Positions 51,331 through 64,000 of a DNA stretch of 64,000 bases are shown here, piece by piece. Both the position numbers and the translations under genes were made by a program. The notes below the pieces were generated by a model, which saw nothing but the letters and a program-made list of their open reading frames with translations, was not told where the DNA came from and did no database searches. Positions within the stretch are counted from its first letter, which is position 1, and each line of letters opens with the position of its first letter. Source of the stretch: Mobula birostris (taxonomy: Eukaryota); the NCBI RefSeq assembly GCF_030028105.1, contig NC_092398.1, forward strand, positions 25,125,649-25,189,648. The letters are read 5' to 3'.

Positions 51331-52988
51331 GTGAGTTGATTCCTGTCGCGGGGATCACTGCTGTTGCTGCAGATTGTAGGATCTTGCGGAGTTTGCATTG
51401 CTGGGGTCATCAACCTGGTCGGGGGTGAGGTATTACGGTTTGGATCTTGCTGGCCCCATACTATTTTGGGTCTTGTTGTTTAAGGGTTAAACTACTTGGT
51501 GAGACCACACTTGGAGTATTGTGTTCAGTTCTGGTCACCTCATTACAGAGCCAAGTTTAATATCAGGATATTTAAATTGGGATGTGGAAGCTTTAGAGAG
51601 TATGCTGAGGAGGTTTACCAGGATTAGAGAGCATGTCTTGAGTTGAACATGCTCGGGATTTGGTCTTTGAAGCGAAGGAGCATGAGAGGTGACTTAACAA
51701 AGATGTACAAGATAAGAGGCATTGATAGGGTGGACAGTGGAAAGCTTTGTCCTAGGGTGGCAATAGCTAACATAAAGGGACATAACTTTAAGGCGTTTAG
51801 AGGAGGAATGTCAGAGGTAGTATATTTAGGTGTGGAACCTGGCACTGCCAAGGTTGTCATGAAAGACATTTAGGAGACTCTTATAGGCACAGAGGTAACA
51901 GAATAATGGAGGCTTCTGTGTGAGGGAAGGGTTAGATTGATCAAAGGGTTGGCACAACAATATGGACCGAAGAGCTGGTACTGCAATCTACTGTTCTATA
52001 CACATGGTTGGTGGGATCTTGCTGTGGGCACGCAGGGATGGGGAGGGAGGAGTTGTGTAGTGGGATCTTGCCGTGCACTTGGGTGGGGGCTGTGCTATGG
52101 ATTGAATGGGAATTTGTTTGATTGTGCCTTGCCTGTGTTGCATGAACGCTTACCACGTGCAGACTGGATGGGGATTGTTGTAGTATTATAGACTTGTACA
52201 ACACACAACTGGACCCTTTTGCCCACCATGTGTTTGCTGACGTTTTTGCCCATTTACGCTAATCCCACCCGCCCCCCCCGCCCCACAGACGCACACATTA
52301 GGACCATATCCTGATGTTAAATGTACTTTGAATATAATTACAAAATAGGCTGAAGGAACTAGAAAAAAAAACACTAATTGAATTTGGCACAGGATACATT
52401 AGAGGAAATTTTAAAAATTAGGAATGAAATTAATAGTTGGCTACGCAAGAAATTAGGAAAAATTTAATGTTTCTGAAACAGAGACATTATGAAAGTGGAT
52501 CTAAGTCTATGAAAATACTGGCGTGGAAACAAAAAAAAATAGCAGAAAATACAATTCATAGAATTAGGGATCCAAGAACAAAAATTTAAGAATAGCTAAG
52601 TGAAATTCAAGAAGCTTTTGAAGTGTTTTACAAAATTCTATATTCCAAAGTTCCAGGGGGAAGCACAACCCAAATTGACACCTTCCTGAATTCCCTGGAG
52701 TTACTCACTTTAAGCGAAGAACAAAATAGAAGGATGACTGCTGACAAAACTGAAGTTAGCAGGCTTAAATTAAGTAAGTCACCAGGATCAGATGGGTATA
52801 CGGCAGAGTGGTAAAAAGAATTTAAAAATGAGTTAATTCCTGTCTTACTCCCCACACTGAACTGGGCTCTAAAATAGGCACAAATGCCACCCAGCTGGAG
52901 GGAAATGATAATCTCAGCTATACTGAAAGAAGGCAAGGATAAAATGGAATGTGGGTCATTTAGACCAATATCCGTTCTGAATGTAGAT

Positions 52989-55900
52989 CAGGGGTCAGCA
53001 ACCTTTTTGCCTTTGTGGGCCGGATGGCGTATTAATGAGTGGACGGTGGGCCAGATAAATGACATAAAAAAAACTTGAAATATGGGAATTATCCAGGGAC
53101 TTCCGGGTCATCAAGGGAATGGTGGCGTAAGCAAAAGGTCTCTCGACAAAAAAGAAGATAAACTGCCCCATAATCGAATTTAGACAAATACTTGATATTG
53201 CATAACTATATTAATAAAAGGGGCAAGGATGATGTCTAAGAACAAGATTAAAAAGTCTGCTCCGAAGGCTGATACACATAAAGAGACGCAGCAAGGCGAC
53301 GGGCCTAGCTCCCCCACGGCAAGCCAGGACGGAGATAATGAGGAAGAATCGGTGACTCTGTCCTTGATTCTCAGAGAGATTCACGAGTTCCGACAAGATA
53401 ACAGCAAACAGCTGGAAAATATTAAAAGAGAAATAGTAAAAACTAACTCGCGGATAGATGAAGCCGAAGCGAGGATTGTTGGAATTGAAGAGAAGCTACA
53501 AAACGCAGAGGAGGTGATAGCAGAAATGCTGAAGCTGCAAGACCAGCTCCAGTGGAAACTAATAGATCAAGAAGGCCGCTCGAGAAGGGAGAATGTGAGG
53601 ATTTACGGAGTTCCTGAAGGAACTGAAGGTAAACCCGGATTGATGATTTCCTTCGTGGAGAAGCTACTTAGGGAGAACCTTGATATACCGGCCGCAAAAG
53701 ACCTACAGATAGAAAGAGCTCACCGCGCGTTGGCACCACAGCCTCCAGCAGGCGCCCAGCCCAGATCGATTCTGGTCAGATTTCTCAGTTACAGCACGAA
53801 GGAAGAGGTGCTTAAAAGGGCATGGCAAAAGAAAGGTTTCATGTGGAGCAACTGTAAAATCAGTTTAGACTACGACTACGCACCGGAGATTCTTGCCAGA
53901 CGGAAGGAATATACGGAAACACGGAGAGTCCTGAAGGAAAACAACATCAGATTCCAGACCCTGTATCCAGCTCGGCTGAGAGTCTTTTACGACGAAGGGA
54001 CAAAAACTTACGCTACGGTGGAGGAGGCAACATTGGACCTGGCGGACCGGGGACTACCTATTAAAGTTATCACCCAACCGGAGTCGCTACTGGAGAGGAT
54101 TCGGCAGAAGTCGTGGCAGTTAGTGGGGCGAGGACGCTCCACTCGAACCAGAGTGTCAAACTACAAGGAAAAGCTGCAAATATTCAGATGCGAATGTACA
54201 GAGAACACAGATCAATTAAGAGAAATGACTGAAAAGAGTAAATCGGACTTAAGGGTAAAATGAAAACTGGTAACTGAAAATAAACTAGATGGAATAACTT
54301 GAATGATAGCAATATGGTCGAGACATAAATAGGAGAAAATTCTCTATGATTATTCAAACTGCTGAGGGCTCTCTAACACAGGGTGAAGATAGAGGTTATC
54401 CCTCTGAACTGAGGCAGGTCGGTGCTCAGGCTTCACTGTGGGAAGTCGGGAAAAATTTTCAAATGTTGCACGTTCAAAAATGTTTAGGGTGTGGTTATAC
54501 GTCTTGGTTTACTGTTGAGAAGGGATTGCTTACTGTTTGGTTAGAAAAGGAGAGTTTTTTTTTTCTACTAGAGAAAAATGCAAACTGAATTGGTAAAAAT
54601 AATTTCCTATAATGTTAATGGGGTTTTGAATCCAATTAAAAGAAATAAGATTATGTCTAAATTGAAAAAAGAGAGGGCACAAATAGCTTTCCTCCAGGAA
54701 ACACATATGAGCCAATCTGAACATGGAAAATTAAAAAGAATGGACTTTAAGCATGTATTTTATTCATCGTATAAATTGAGTCACAAAAGAGGGGTAGCTA
54801 CTTTAATATCAAGTACTCTTAATTATGAACATATTTCAGAGACTTGAGACAAAGAAGGACGGTTCGTTAAAATCACAGGAAGAATAGAAGGTACAGAAAT
54901 AACATTGCTGAATATTTACGCTCCTCCAGGTTGTGAATGGTCATTTTATAGACACATTTTTGACCTAATGGTCAGTTCTCAAGGGGTAGTAATTTGTGGA
55001 GGGGATTTTAATATTAGATTAAATCCTATATTAGATTCTTCAAGAATAGTTACTCAGAATAAACCTCTGACTCGGAAAGTGAATTCATTGATGGAGGAGT
55101 TGGGAATTATAGATGTCTGGAGGGAATTACACCCTACTAGTAAAGATTATACATATTACTCTTTCCCTCATTCAGCCTATTCAAGGATAGACTATTTCTT
55201 TATCTTTAATACAGATAGACTCAGGATAAAAAACTGTAATATTGCAACAATTGATCTGTCGGATCATAGCCCAGTCTGTATGTCTCTAATCCTGGAAAGG
55301 AAAATGAGGAAAACACTATGGAGGCTAAACTCACATATACTCAATAACCCGAAAGTAATGGAGAGATTAAGGGGAGAAATCAAAGAATATCTAGACCTTA
55401 ATGACACGGGAGAAACATCACCAGTGATCTTATGGGATACATTGAAAGCTGTACTGAGAGGGAAAATTATTTCCATTACCACTCACATGAAAAAAATCAA
55501 TGCACAAAAATTAGCAGACCTTCAAGGAAAATTAAAACAACTTCAAGTTGTAGATAGCAACAAAAGTAATTCAAATCGAAAACAGGAAGTTAGGAAATTG
55601 CAAAGTGAAATTGACGATATTTATACATTGGAAACTCAAAGAAATTTTCTTTACCTGAGACAAAAGAATTATGAAGTAGGAGGTAAATCAGCTAGATTAT
55701 TAGCATATAAATTACGAAAACAACAAGCAGGCAATACAATTCATAAAATAAAGAATCCAAAGACAAAGCTTGTGGAGAGTACAATAGGGAAAATTCAAGA
55801 GAGTTTTGAAACATATTATCGAGAGCTGTACTCCCAACCCCGGGCACCCAATGAGCCCTATATAGACAGTGTATTGAATTTTTTAGATCTACCTAAACTT

Positions 55901-58900
55901 ACAGATTTACAAAATGAAAGTTTATTAGAACCAGTAACTGTCAAAGAACTGAACGTGGTCATCTCTAGGTTAAAGGCTGGAAAGTCCCCGGGTTCTGATG
56001 GGTTTACCTCAGAGTGGTACAAGTCCCTGAAGACACAGTTAGCCCCATTACTACTTAACACCTTTAATTGGATCTTGCAGAGAGGAGAAACTCCACCTTC
56101 CTGGAGAGAAGCGATTATTTCAGTTATTCCTAAAGAGGGTAAAGATAAACTAGAATGTGGCAATTATTGGCCAATTAGTGTTCTTAATTTAGATTACAAA
56201 CTATTTACATCTATATTAGCGTGCAGATTGGAAAAGCTTTTACCTGGCCTAATCCACTTAGACCAGACTGGATTTATTCAACAAAGACAAACACAGGACA
56301 ACATAAGGAGAACTCTGCACATATTAGAAGAGGTTAATAAGAACGAGACAGAGACAATGGTAGTAGAATTGGACGCTGAGAAAGCTTTTGATTCGGTTAG
56401 TTGGGCATTCCTATACAGAGTGTTAGGAAGATTCGGCTTTCAAGAAAAGTTTATTAAAGTAACTCAGACTCTATATGACAGCCCTACAGCCCGAATTAAG
56501 ATAAATGGGGACCTCTCTGACTCCTTCATCTTAGAGAGAGGCACTAGACAGGGTGCCCAATTTCTCCTCTCCTTTTTGCGCTATACATTGGACCGCTTGC
56601 CCAACTAATAAGACAGAGCGAAATCGTAAAAGGTATCAAGGTGGCAGGGATTGAACAGAAAGTGGCGTTATTCGCAGATGATGTTTTGGTCTATCTGAGT
56701 GAACCAGAAAAATCATTTATAGGATTGTTTACACTGTTGGATGACTTTGGGAAAATATCAGGTTATAAAATAAATGTAAAGAAAATGCAGGTTATGTCCC
56801 TAAATTATACACCATCCAAAAAATTGCAGGATACATATGATCTTAAGTGGGAAGCTAAATCATTAAAATATTTAGGAATAACCCTGCCAAAGGATCTTTC
56901 AACACTGTCACAGGTAAATTATGGGCCATTAATCTCAGAGATAAAAGCAGATATGCATAGATGGAATCTTATCCCCTTTTTAAGTTTAAATTCAAGGATA
57001 AATACTATAAAAATGAATATTCTTCCTCTGTTATTGTATCTTTTCCGTACTTTACCGGTGGAGGTGGATGATAATCAATTCAGGGAATGGGACAAATGGA
57101 TTTCCCGCTTCATTTGGCAAGGAAAGAAACCTAGAATTCGATATAACACCTTACAGTTAGGGAAGGAGGGAGGAGGTATGGTTCTTCCTTGCCTGAGAAA
57201 TTATTTTTATGCCTCACAGATAACCCCTCTGTTATATTGGTGTAATAGGGAATATAAGGCTTGATGGAAGGAAATAGAATTTGGATTAGTTGACAGTTTT
57301 CCTCTTCAGGCCTCAATAGCTGACAAAGGATTGATGGCCCAGTTGGAAAAATTTAAAAACGCTTGGATAAATCTTACATTAAAAGTGTGGCAGAAGGTGG
57401 TTAATTCATGTGGAATCAATGACATGTTAAAATTTTTCAGATGGTGTGCATATGATACCAAATTCCTTCCCAACAGAGGAGATAAAAGATTTGAACTATG
57501 GATAAAGAAAGGTCTTACAACCTACCTCTCATTTATACATAAAAGAGTATTACAAAGTTTCCAATTCCTGCAGGACAACCATGGCCTAGAACACAATGAT
57601 TTTTTTTTTAGGTACCTTCAAGTACGACACTATGTTAACCAGAGTTGTAGATATACAGACTTATCAACAGTAGAATTAGAATTTTTCAAGATTCTGAATT
57701 CGGCTTACAGTTCAATACCAAGTAAATCAGTTTCTCAATTATATAATGCACTCTCCCATGCTAAAAATGTAAACACATTGTATATTAAAGAGAAGTGGGA
57801 GAAAGAAGTGAGGTTGGTACTTTCAGAGGAGGTTTGGGGGAAAATATGCAGCTTTCAGTGGTCTTCGACTAACTCTTTGACTTGGAGAGAACATTGTTAG
57901 AAAAATATTATAAGATACTTCAAGACCCCATATCAGGAAAAATAAAAAGACACAAACGTGACGTGTTGGAGAAGGCGCGGCTCCAAGGAGGCAAATCATT
58001 TCCATATTTTCTGGGATTGCCCTAAAATTATACTGGAAAGGTATTTATAGGACATTTGCTAAGGTACTTAGGTCCCAGATACCTCTGAACTTTGAGACGC
58101 TCTATTTGGGGCATGTATTGTTTCTTGAACAGAAGGAAGATATAAAGTTGCTGCAGACCATCTTAGCGGCAAGTAAGAAATCAATCACTAGAAAATGGCT
58201 AAATCCAATACCACCTACATTAGAAGATTGGTACGAAATTATCTTGGAAATATTTAAAATGGAAAAGTTGATTTACTCCCTGAGAACTCAAAAAGAAAAA
58301 TTTTATCAAATCTGGAATAAATAGATTGAATATATAACCCCAATGTGAGCAGACTTTAGATGACTCTCCTAATGATTTATACTGCTCTTCTCATCAACAC
58401 AGTAATATTGCTAACGTAAGCACCCCTAGTCTAAATGTTTGTTTTTTTTGTTTTCTTTTGGAAAATAGAGAATTAACACAAGTAAAGGGAAAGATTTGGG
58501 AAAGGGATAAAAAAAATGAAAAAATTAAGTAAATAAGTACATAGGGATTGAATAATTATGTCTGCGGGCAGGAGCAAGCATGAACAAATTAGGATATAAA
58601 CACCTACAATGGTTGATACATAGGCTTATATACAAATTTTGGACCAGTGGAAATGGTCCAGAAGGGTTATATGGAAACTATTATTACCATTTTTCTTAAC
58701 AACTAATTCCATTACTTAGCCTAATAGGTTAGATTTACCACAGTACATAATTATCTATTTAAATGTTTATTTTCCTTTTATATCATCTCAATGTGTACTT
58801 AAGAATGTATAAATAATTATAGTTTTATACATATAAAAAAATGGAAAAGGTTATATGTGTGAAAAAAGTACATGATATTTGTGAATTCCTTATCAAATAA

Positions 58901-59957
58901 AAATAAAATTTAAAAAAAAAAGAAATATGGGAATTATCCATTTAAATACATCTAGTTATGTTTTGCCTCAAATTAGTGAATAACACATGCTAGAAAATCA
59001 TTTGTGCTTAACCAAGGATGCCAATTAGTAATCAAAGAACTCAGTTTAGTTTTTCTGTCCCACCATTGCTGGTGCCCCATCAGTTGTGATGCCAATTAGT
59101 TTCGACACATTAAGTTTAATTTCTGACATCATTTCCAGCAAAGTAAAAAATGTCTGCCCCAGTAACCGTGTCCTTCATAGGAATTAGTTGAATAAACCCT
59201 TCAAAAATTTGAAAAGTTGAGGTCACTCCTCACACAAACTCTGCAAGTTGAGCAGTGTCTCTCAAGTCTGTACTCTCATCAAGCGCAATTGAAAAAAATG
59301 CAATTCGTTGCAGGCATCCCTTAAACAGCTTTTAACATCTGCTGACATTTCTTCAACTCGCCGTGTGATCGTTCTTGCTGACAGGCTGATAGATGCAAAT
59401 AAGGATTTCTTTTCAGGACAAACAATATCCACCACTGCCAGCAAACATTCTTTGACAAACTCTCCATTTGTAAAAGGCTTCATCTTTTCTGCAATACGTT
59501 TTGAGACTTCGCAGCTGGCATGGGTATTTCCTTCATTTTCACTGCTTTTTCAGCATTCAGCGTCTACCTTCCTGTGTTTTGCATTCATTGCCATTGGAAT
59601 TTTTTTCTTTGATTTCATTTCGAAACGCAAGTTATTCAACAAGTATCGTAGCACATCTGGATATTTAGCGTGGATTTCTTGTTAAAACACAGTGATGCTG
59701 TTTCTGTTTACAAATTTGAACGATCCCATCTGAAAACCTGCGCATGCACAGAGACTATCTAATACATATTAATAAGGTAGTCTGCCTTCCCGTCATTCGT
59801 ATATACCAGTGTTTGGTTTGGAACAAAACGGAACCTGGGGCCAGTCATGTCCATCAGTGTGGTCGTGTGAAACACTCAGAATAAGGAAAATTTGCTCGTG
59901 GGACGGATAAGGATAGTATCTCAATAGTTCCTCGCGGGCCGTAGGTTGCCTACCCCG
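52989..59957 (-). mobile_element. Internally deleted hAT (GTF2IRD2/SPIN-like transposase remnant)
   Basis: Termini CAGGGGTCAGCAACC / GGTTGCCTACCCCG; perfect 8-bp TSD ATGTAGAT (52981-52988 / 59958-59965). Remnant KPFTNGEFVKECLLAVVDIVCPEKK...SLSARTITRRVEEM. Confidence 0.88.
53096..58921 (+). mobile_element. Full-length L1-clade LINE: ORF1 open, ORF2 disrupted
   Basis: 19-bp TSD GAAATATGGGAATTATCCA (53077-53095 / 58922-58940), 5' GGGACTTCCGGG, poly(A) tail. ORF1 53229-54263 (344 aa). ORF2 from 54578 (SYNVNG, GGDFN, SDHSPV, GKSPGSDG, LFADD) has stops and frameshifts. Confidence 0.96.
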
Positions 59958-62900
59958 ATGTAGATTATAGATTATTTACCTCCATCACGGCCAAACAATT
60001 AGAAGAGTTTCTACCCATACTGATACATAAGGATCAGACAGGGTTTATGCAACAACGCTAAACGGAAGACAATGAATGAAGGACACTTCACATTATGGAT
60101 CATATGCAAAGAATAAATTCGAAGCAATAGTGATAAGCATGGACGCTGAAAAGGCATTTGATTTGGTTAATTGGAATTTTCTTTACAGAGGTTTACATAG
60201 ATTTAGTTTCCATTCTGCAATATTAAAACTATACAGGCACAAAATGACAATCCTACTGCTAGGATTAAAATTAGTGGATATTTATCAAATAGTTTTATCC
60301 TAGAAAGGGGCACAGACAGGGTTGTGCATGGTCACTGCTACCCTTTGCATTGTATCTGAAACCATTAGCTCAATACATCAGACAAAATGATATCAGGGGA
60401 ATTACTATTAAAGGGACAGAGCATAAATTGGCCTGTTAGCATATGACATTTTGATCTATCTAGGGCAACCAACATGCTCTTTACCTAAATTGATGCAATC
60501 CTTTGAACAATATGGTCAATTATCAGGGTACAAGATCAACATAGATAAAACCCAATTACCTTCATATAACTATAGCCCACCAAGAGAAATTGAAAGTAGA
60601 TATCCCTGGACATGGCAAACAAATTCTTTCAAATATTTGGGCATCATTATACCAAAAGATTTGGCAAAATTATCAGAATACAATTATCAGTTTATATATA
60701 AAAATTAAGGAAGATATAACAAGATGGAACTTAATTCCTTATTTTTAGTCTCAGTTTAAGGATTGAATCTATTAAAATGAATATACTGCCCAGACTATTA
60801 TATCTCTTTCTGACCCAACCAATAGAGATTAATCAAAATCAATTCAATGAATGGAATAAGATGTTATCAAGATATATATGGCAAGGTAAAAGGCCTAGAG
60901 TTCGTATCAAAACTTTGCAATTAGCCAAGGAAAAGGGGGGATGGGGCCTACCTTCTCTTAGAGATTATTATTTTGCCGCATAGTTGAGAGCTTTGATATG
61001 TTGGTGCAACCCATCATATGATGCTCAATGGAAAAACATTGATGAGGGGTTACTTCCCATCCCCATGCAGGCAATTTTGGCTGATAGCAACCTACAAAGG
61101 TATATAAATACTATTGATAACCCATGGGTGAAATGGACTCTTAAAATATGGAAAACTATTATAAAAGAATAGAAACTAGAGGGAGATATTGCAATTCTTA
61201 AATGGTGTGCATATGACTTGGATTTTATGCCCAATGAACTGGATGCTAGATTTAAGGACTGGACAGCTAAAAGAATAACAGTTCTTTACAATGTAATGAA
61301 AGAAGGAACACTGTTCAGTTTTGAAATGTTTAAAGAGAAACACTTACTAGAAAAACAAGACTTTTATCCATATTTACAGATGTTAATAGGACGATTAAAA
61401 ATGTAACCAAGGCAAGTACATGTTTGATAGAGCTATTTAGAAAAGCATATAATTCATATAATGGTAGTAGAATCATTTCAAGCGTGTACAAGGATTTGTC
61501 AAATCTTAAGACACATTCGACTTCATACATTAAAACAAGCTGGGAAAAAGAAGGAGGGATAATTATATCTGAGGAAGAATGGACAATAATATGGAGGTAT
61601 CAATGGAAGTGTACCAGTTCATAGAAATGGAGGGAGTTTGGATGGAAAAATTTGATAAGATATTTTATTACACCCTCTCAGATATCCCATTATGATGGTA
61701 ACCTCCCTGTTTGCTGGAGAAATTGTGGAAATCAAAATGCAAACCATTATCATATTTTCTGGGAGTGCCCCATTATCAAAGACTATTGGAGTGGGATACA
61801 CAATTGTATTTAAATGTTAAATACCCTTAGAAAGTAAGACCATATATTTTGGGTATATGCCTCAAGAATAATTCAAAAGAGATAAATGGTTATCACAGGA
61901 AAGCCCAACTTTAAACTCATGGATGGAAATTACAATGAACATTTACAAAATGGAGAAGATAACAGCATCTGTTAGTCATAATTTGGAATAATTTGATTCA
62001 TACTGGGGAAAAATGGTTTAACTAGATAACGCCTCATAGACCTGATTTTATTCTCACAGATTAATGAATATGTTGTAAAAAAAATAAGATCACTCCCTAC
62101 TTGTACATAGTTTTCTCCTTTTGCTTGTTCTTTCTTTCCTCTCTTTTCTGTAAGTGTATACCTCAGCGAAATATTATGTGGAGATTTGTGGCATATATGA
62201 CTATATAATATATGTACATTAACTGAAATACACCTTATGGTAATGTTTGATGATGAACTTCAATAAAAAATAAATTACAAAAGAATGTACTTTGAATATA
62301 CTATACTTCTCCACCTTGCCCATTTACGTGTCTGTGCAAATACCTTTTAAATGTAGTGATTGTGCCTGTTTCCACAGCCTCCGCTGACAGCTGATTCTAG
62401 ATATCAACTATTCTTTATGTAAGAAAAAATGTGTATCCAGGTGGATCCCCTTTAAAACTCCTTCCTTTCACCTGAAATCTGTGCCCTCTCTTTTTCATTG
62501 CTTATGGATTGGTTGGGATGTTGTTGTGTAACTGTTGAGTGAGATCTTGCCATGTACACAAGGTTGGATCATGTCACAGAGTGGGATAGTGTCTGTGCTT
62601 TGTGCATGTATATAGATGGGCGAGTTATTTCTAGCTGAGTCATTAGACACACCTACATAAAGAATAGAGAATTTTCTCAATATCCCAGGGCTAATGCTTA
62701 GCCCACTATCAACATCCAAAACATATGATTTTGGTCTCAATTTCCAGCCTGTTCTCTATAACTCATGACTCTGTATAGATCTCAGACATGTATCTTCGTT
62801 TTAATTATATTCAATGGCCCGGGCTCCTTGGCTTTCTATGCCTTCTATTTTCACTTGCCTCATTCATGAGTTCAAGTCTTTTGTCTCATTCAATATGATG

Positions 62901-63018
62901 ACTGATCAGTAAACGCTCAATAGGAAAACTAATCAGTTAACTCCAAGACCTGGGCCTCAATACCCCCTTGTGCAACACATCTATATGAAACGTTCCTGTA
63001 GAAAAGCAACATGAATCA

Positions 63019-64000
63019 TCAAAAACACAAGCAGGAGGAAATCTGCAGATGCTGAAATTTCAAGCAACACACACAAAAACTGCTGGTGAACGCAGCAGGC
63101 CAGGTACTGAGACCCTTCCTCAGGGTTTCGGGCTGAGATCCTTCCTCAGGACTAACTGAAAGAAGGGCTAGTAAGAGATTTGAAAGTGAGAGGGGGAGGG
63201 GGAGATCCAAAATGATAGGAGAAGACAGGAGGGGGAGGGATGGAGCCAAGAGCTGGACAGTTGATTGGCAAAAGGGATATGAGAGGATCATGGGACAGGA
63301 GGCCCAGGGAGAAGGAAAAGGGGGGGGAACCCAGAGGATGGGCAAGGGATATAGTGAGAGGGACAGAGGGAGAAAAAGGAGAGTGAGAGAAGGAATGTGT
63401 GTAAATAAATAACAAATGGGGTACGAGGGGGAGGTGAGGCATTAGCAGAAGTTTGAGAAGTCAATGTTCAAGCCATCAGGTTGGAGGCTACCTAGACAGA
63501 ATATAAGGTGTTGTTCCTCCAACCTGAGTGTGGCTTCATCTTCACAGTCGAGGAGGCCGTGGATAGACATATCAGAATGGGAATGGGACGTGGAATGATA
63601 GTAGAGGACGCCTTCCAGGTGAGGCACTTCACCTGTGAGTTGGCTGGGGTGATATACTGCGTCTGGTGCTCCCGATGTGCCCTTCTATATATTGGTGAGA
63701 CCCGATGCAGACTGGGAGATCGTTTCACTGAACACCTGCGCTCTGTCTGCCAGAGAAAGCAGGATCTCCCAGTGGCCACACATTTTAATTCCAAGTCCCA
63801 TTTCCATTCTGGTATGTCTATTCAAGGCCTCCTCTGCTGTAAAGATGAAGCCACACTCAGGTTGGAGGAACAACACCTTATATTCCGTCTGGGTAGCCTC
63901 CAACCTGATGGCCTGAACATTGACTTCTCAAACTTCCGCTAATGCCCCACCTACCCCTTGTACCACATCTGTTATTTATTTATATACACACATTCTTTTT
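63019..64000. mobile_element. Two Penelope-like GIY-YIG 3' fragments in inverted arrangement
   Basis: Minus copy about 63019-63598; plus copy about 63610-64000 (VIYCVWCSRCALLYIGETRCRLGDRFTEH). Confidence 0.85.

Larger units (their letters stand above)
52337..62283 (+). mobile_element. Older 5'-truncated L1, host of a nested hAT and a younger L1
   Basis: 17-bp TSD AATGTACTTTGAATATA (52320-52336 / 62284-62300). The RT reads PISVLNVD then YRLFTSI across the hAT. A-rich tail. Confidence 0.9.

Noticed and set aside
62500-62960. Candidate alpha1 exon for the plus-strand gene (YIDG motif)
   Set aside because: Multiple stops in all frames, no suitable phase-1 acceptor/donor pair and no further MHC motifs.

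Overview
Vertebrate genomic DNA, very rich in transposable elements. The repeat repertoire (CR1, Rex1/Babar, L1, Penelope-like GIY-YIG, Tc1, hAT, Gmr1-like Gypsy) fits a cartilaginous fish, probably a ray (inference). Small MHC-family exons that the ORF track mostly misses lie between the repeats. On the minus strand I reconstruct a gene with class II-type architecture: leader exon 26437-26296, ONE membrane-distal domain exon 25141-24885, and one Ig-C1 exon 12688-12407. Its residues are class I-like: H..Q and QFAYxG in the distal domain, and an alpha3-like PNxDxxFQ without the class II beta2 Trp. This mosaic best matches a W-category MHC beta chain (WB). The copy carries a -1 frameshift, and I found no transmembrane exon, so it may be a recent pseudogene. 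A second, very divergent and decayed distal-domain exon lies at 3553-3811 and has a -1 frameshift at the same aligned position. Head-to-head, 6.4 kb from the WB-like leader, is a plus-strand signal-peptide exon (32847-32922) with a class II-spaced X2-Y promoter module; it is a candidate alpha-chain partner whose remaining exons were not found in the window. This promoter/leader cassette is duplicated and decayed at 50544-51394. Shared TE junctions point to segmental duplications. The rest is nested TEs, several with intact target-site duplications.
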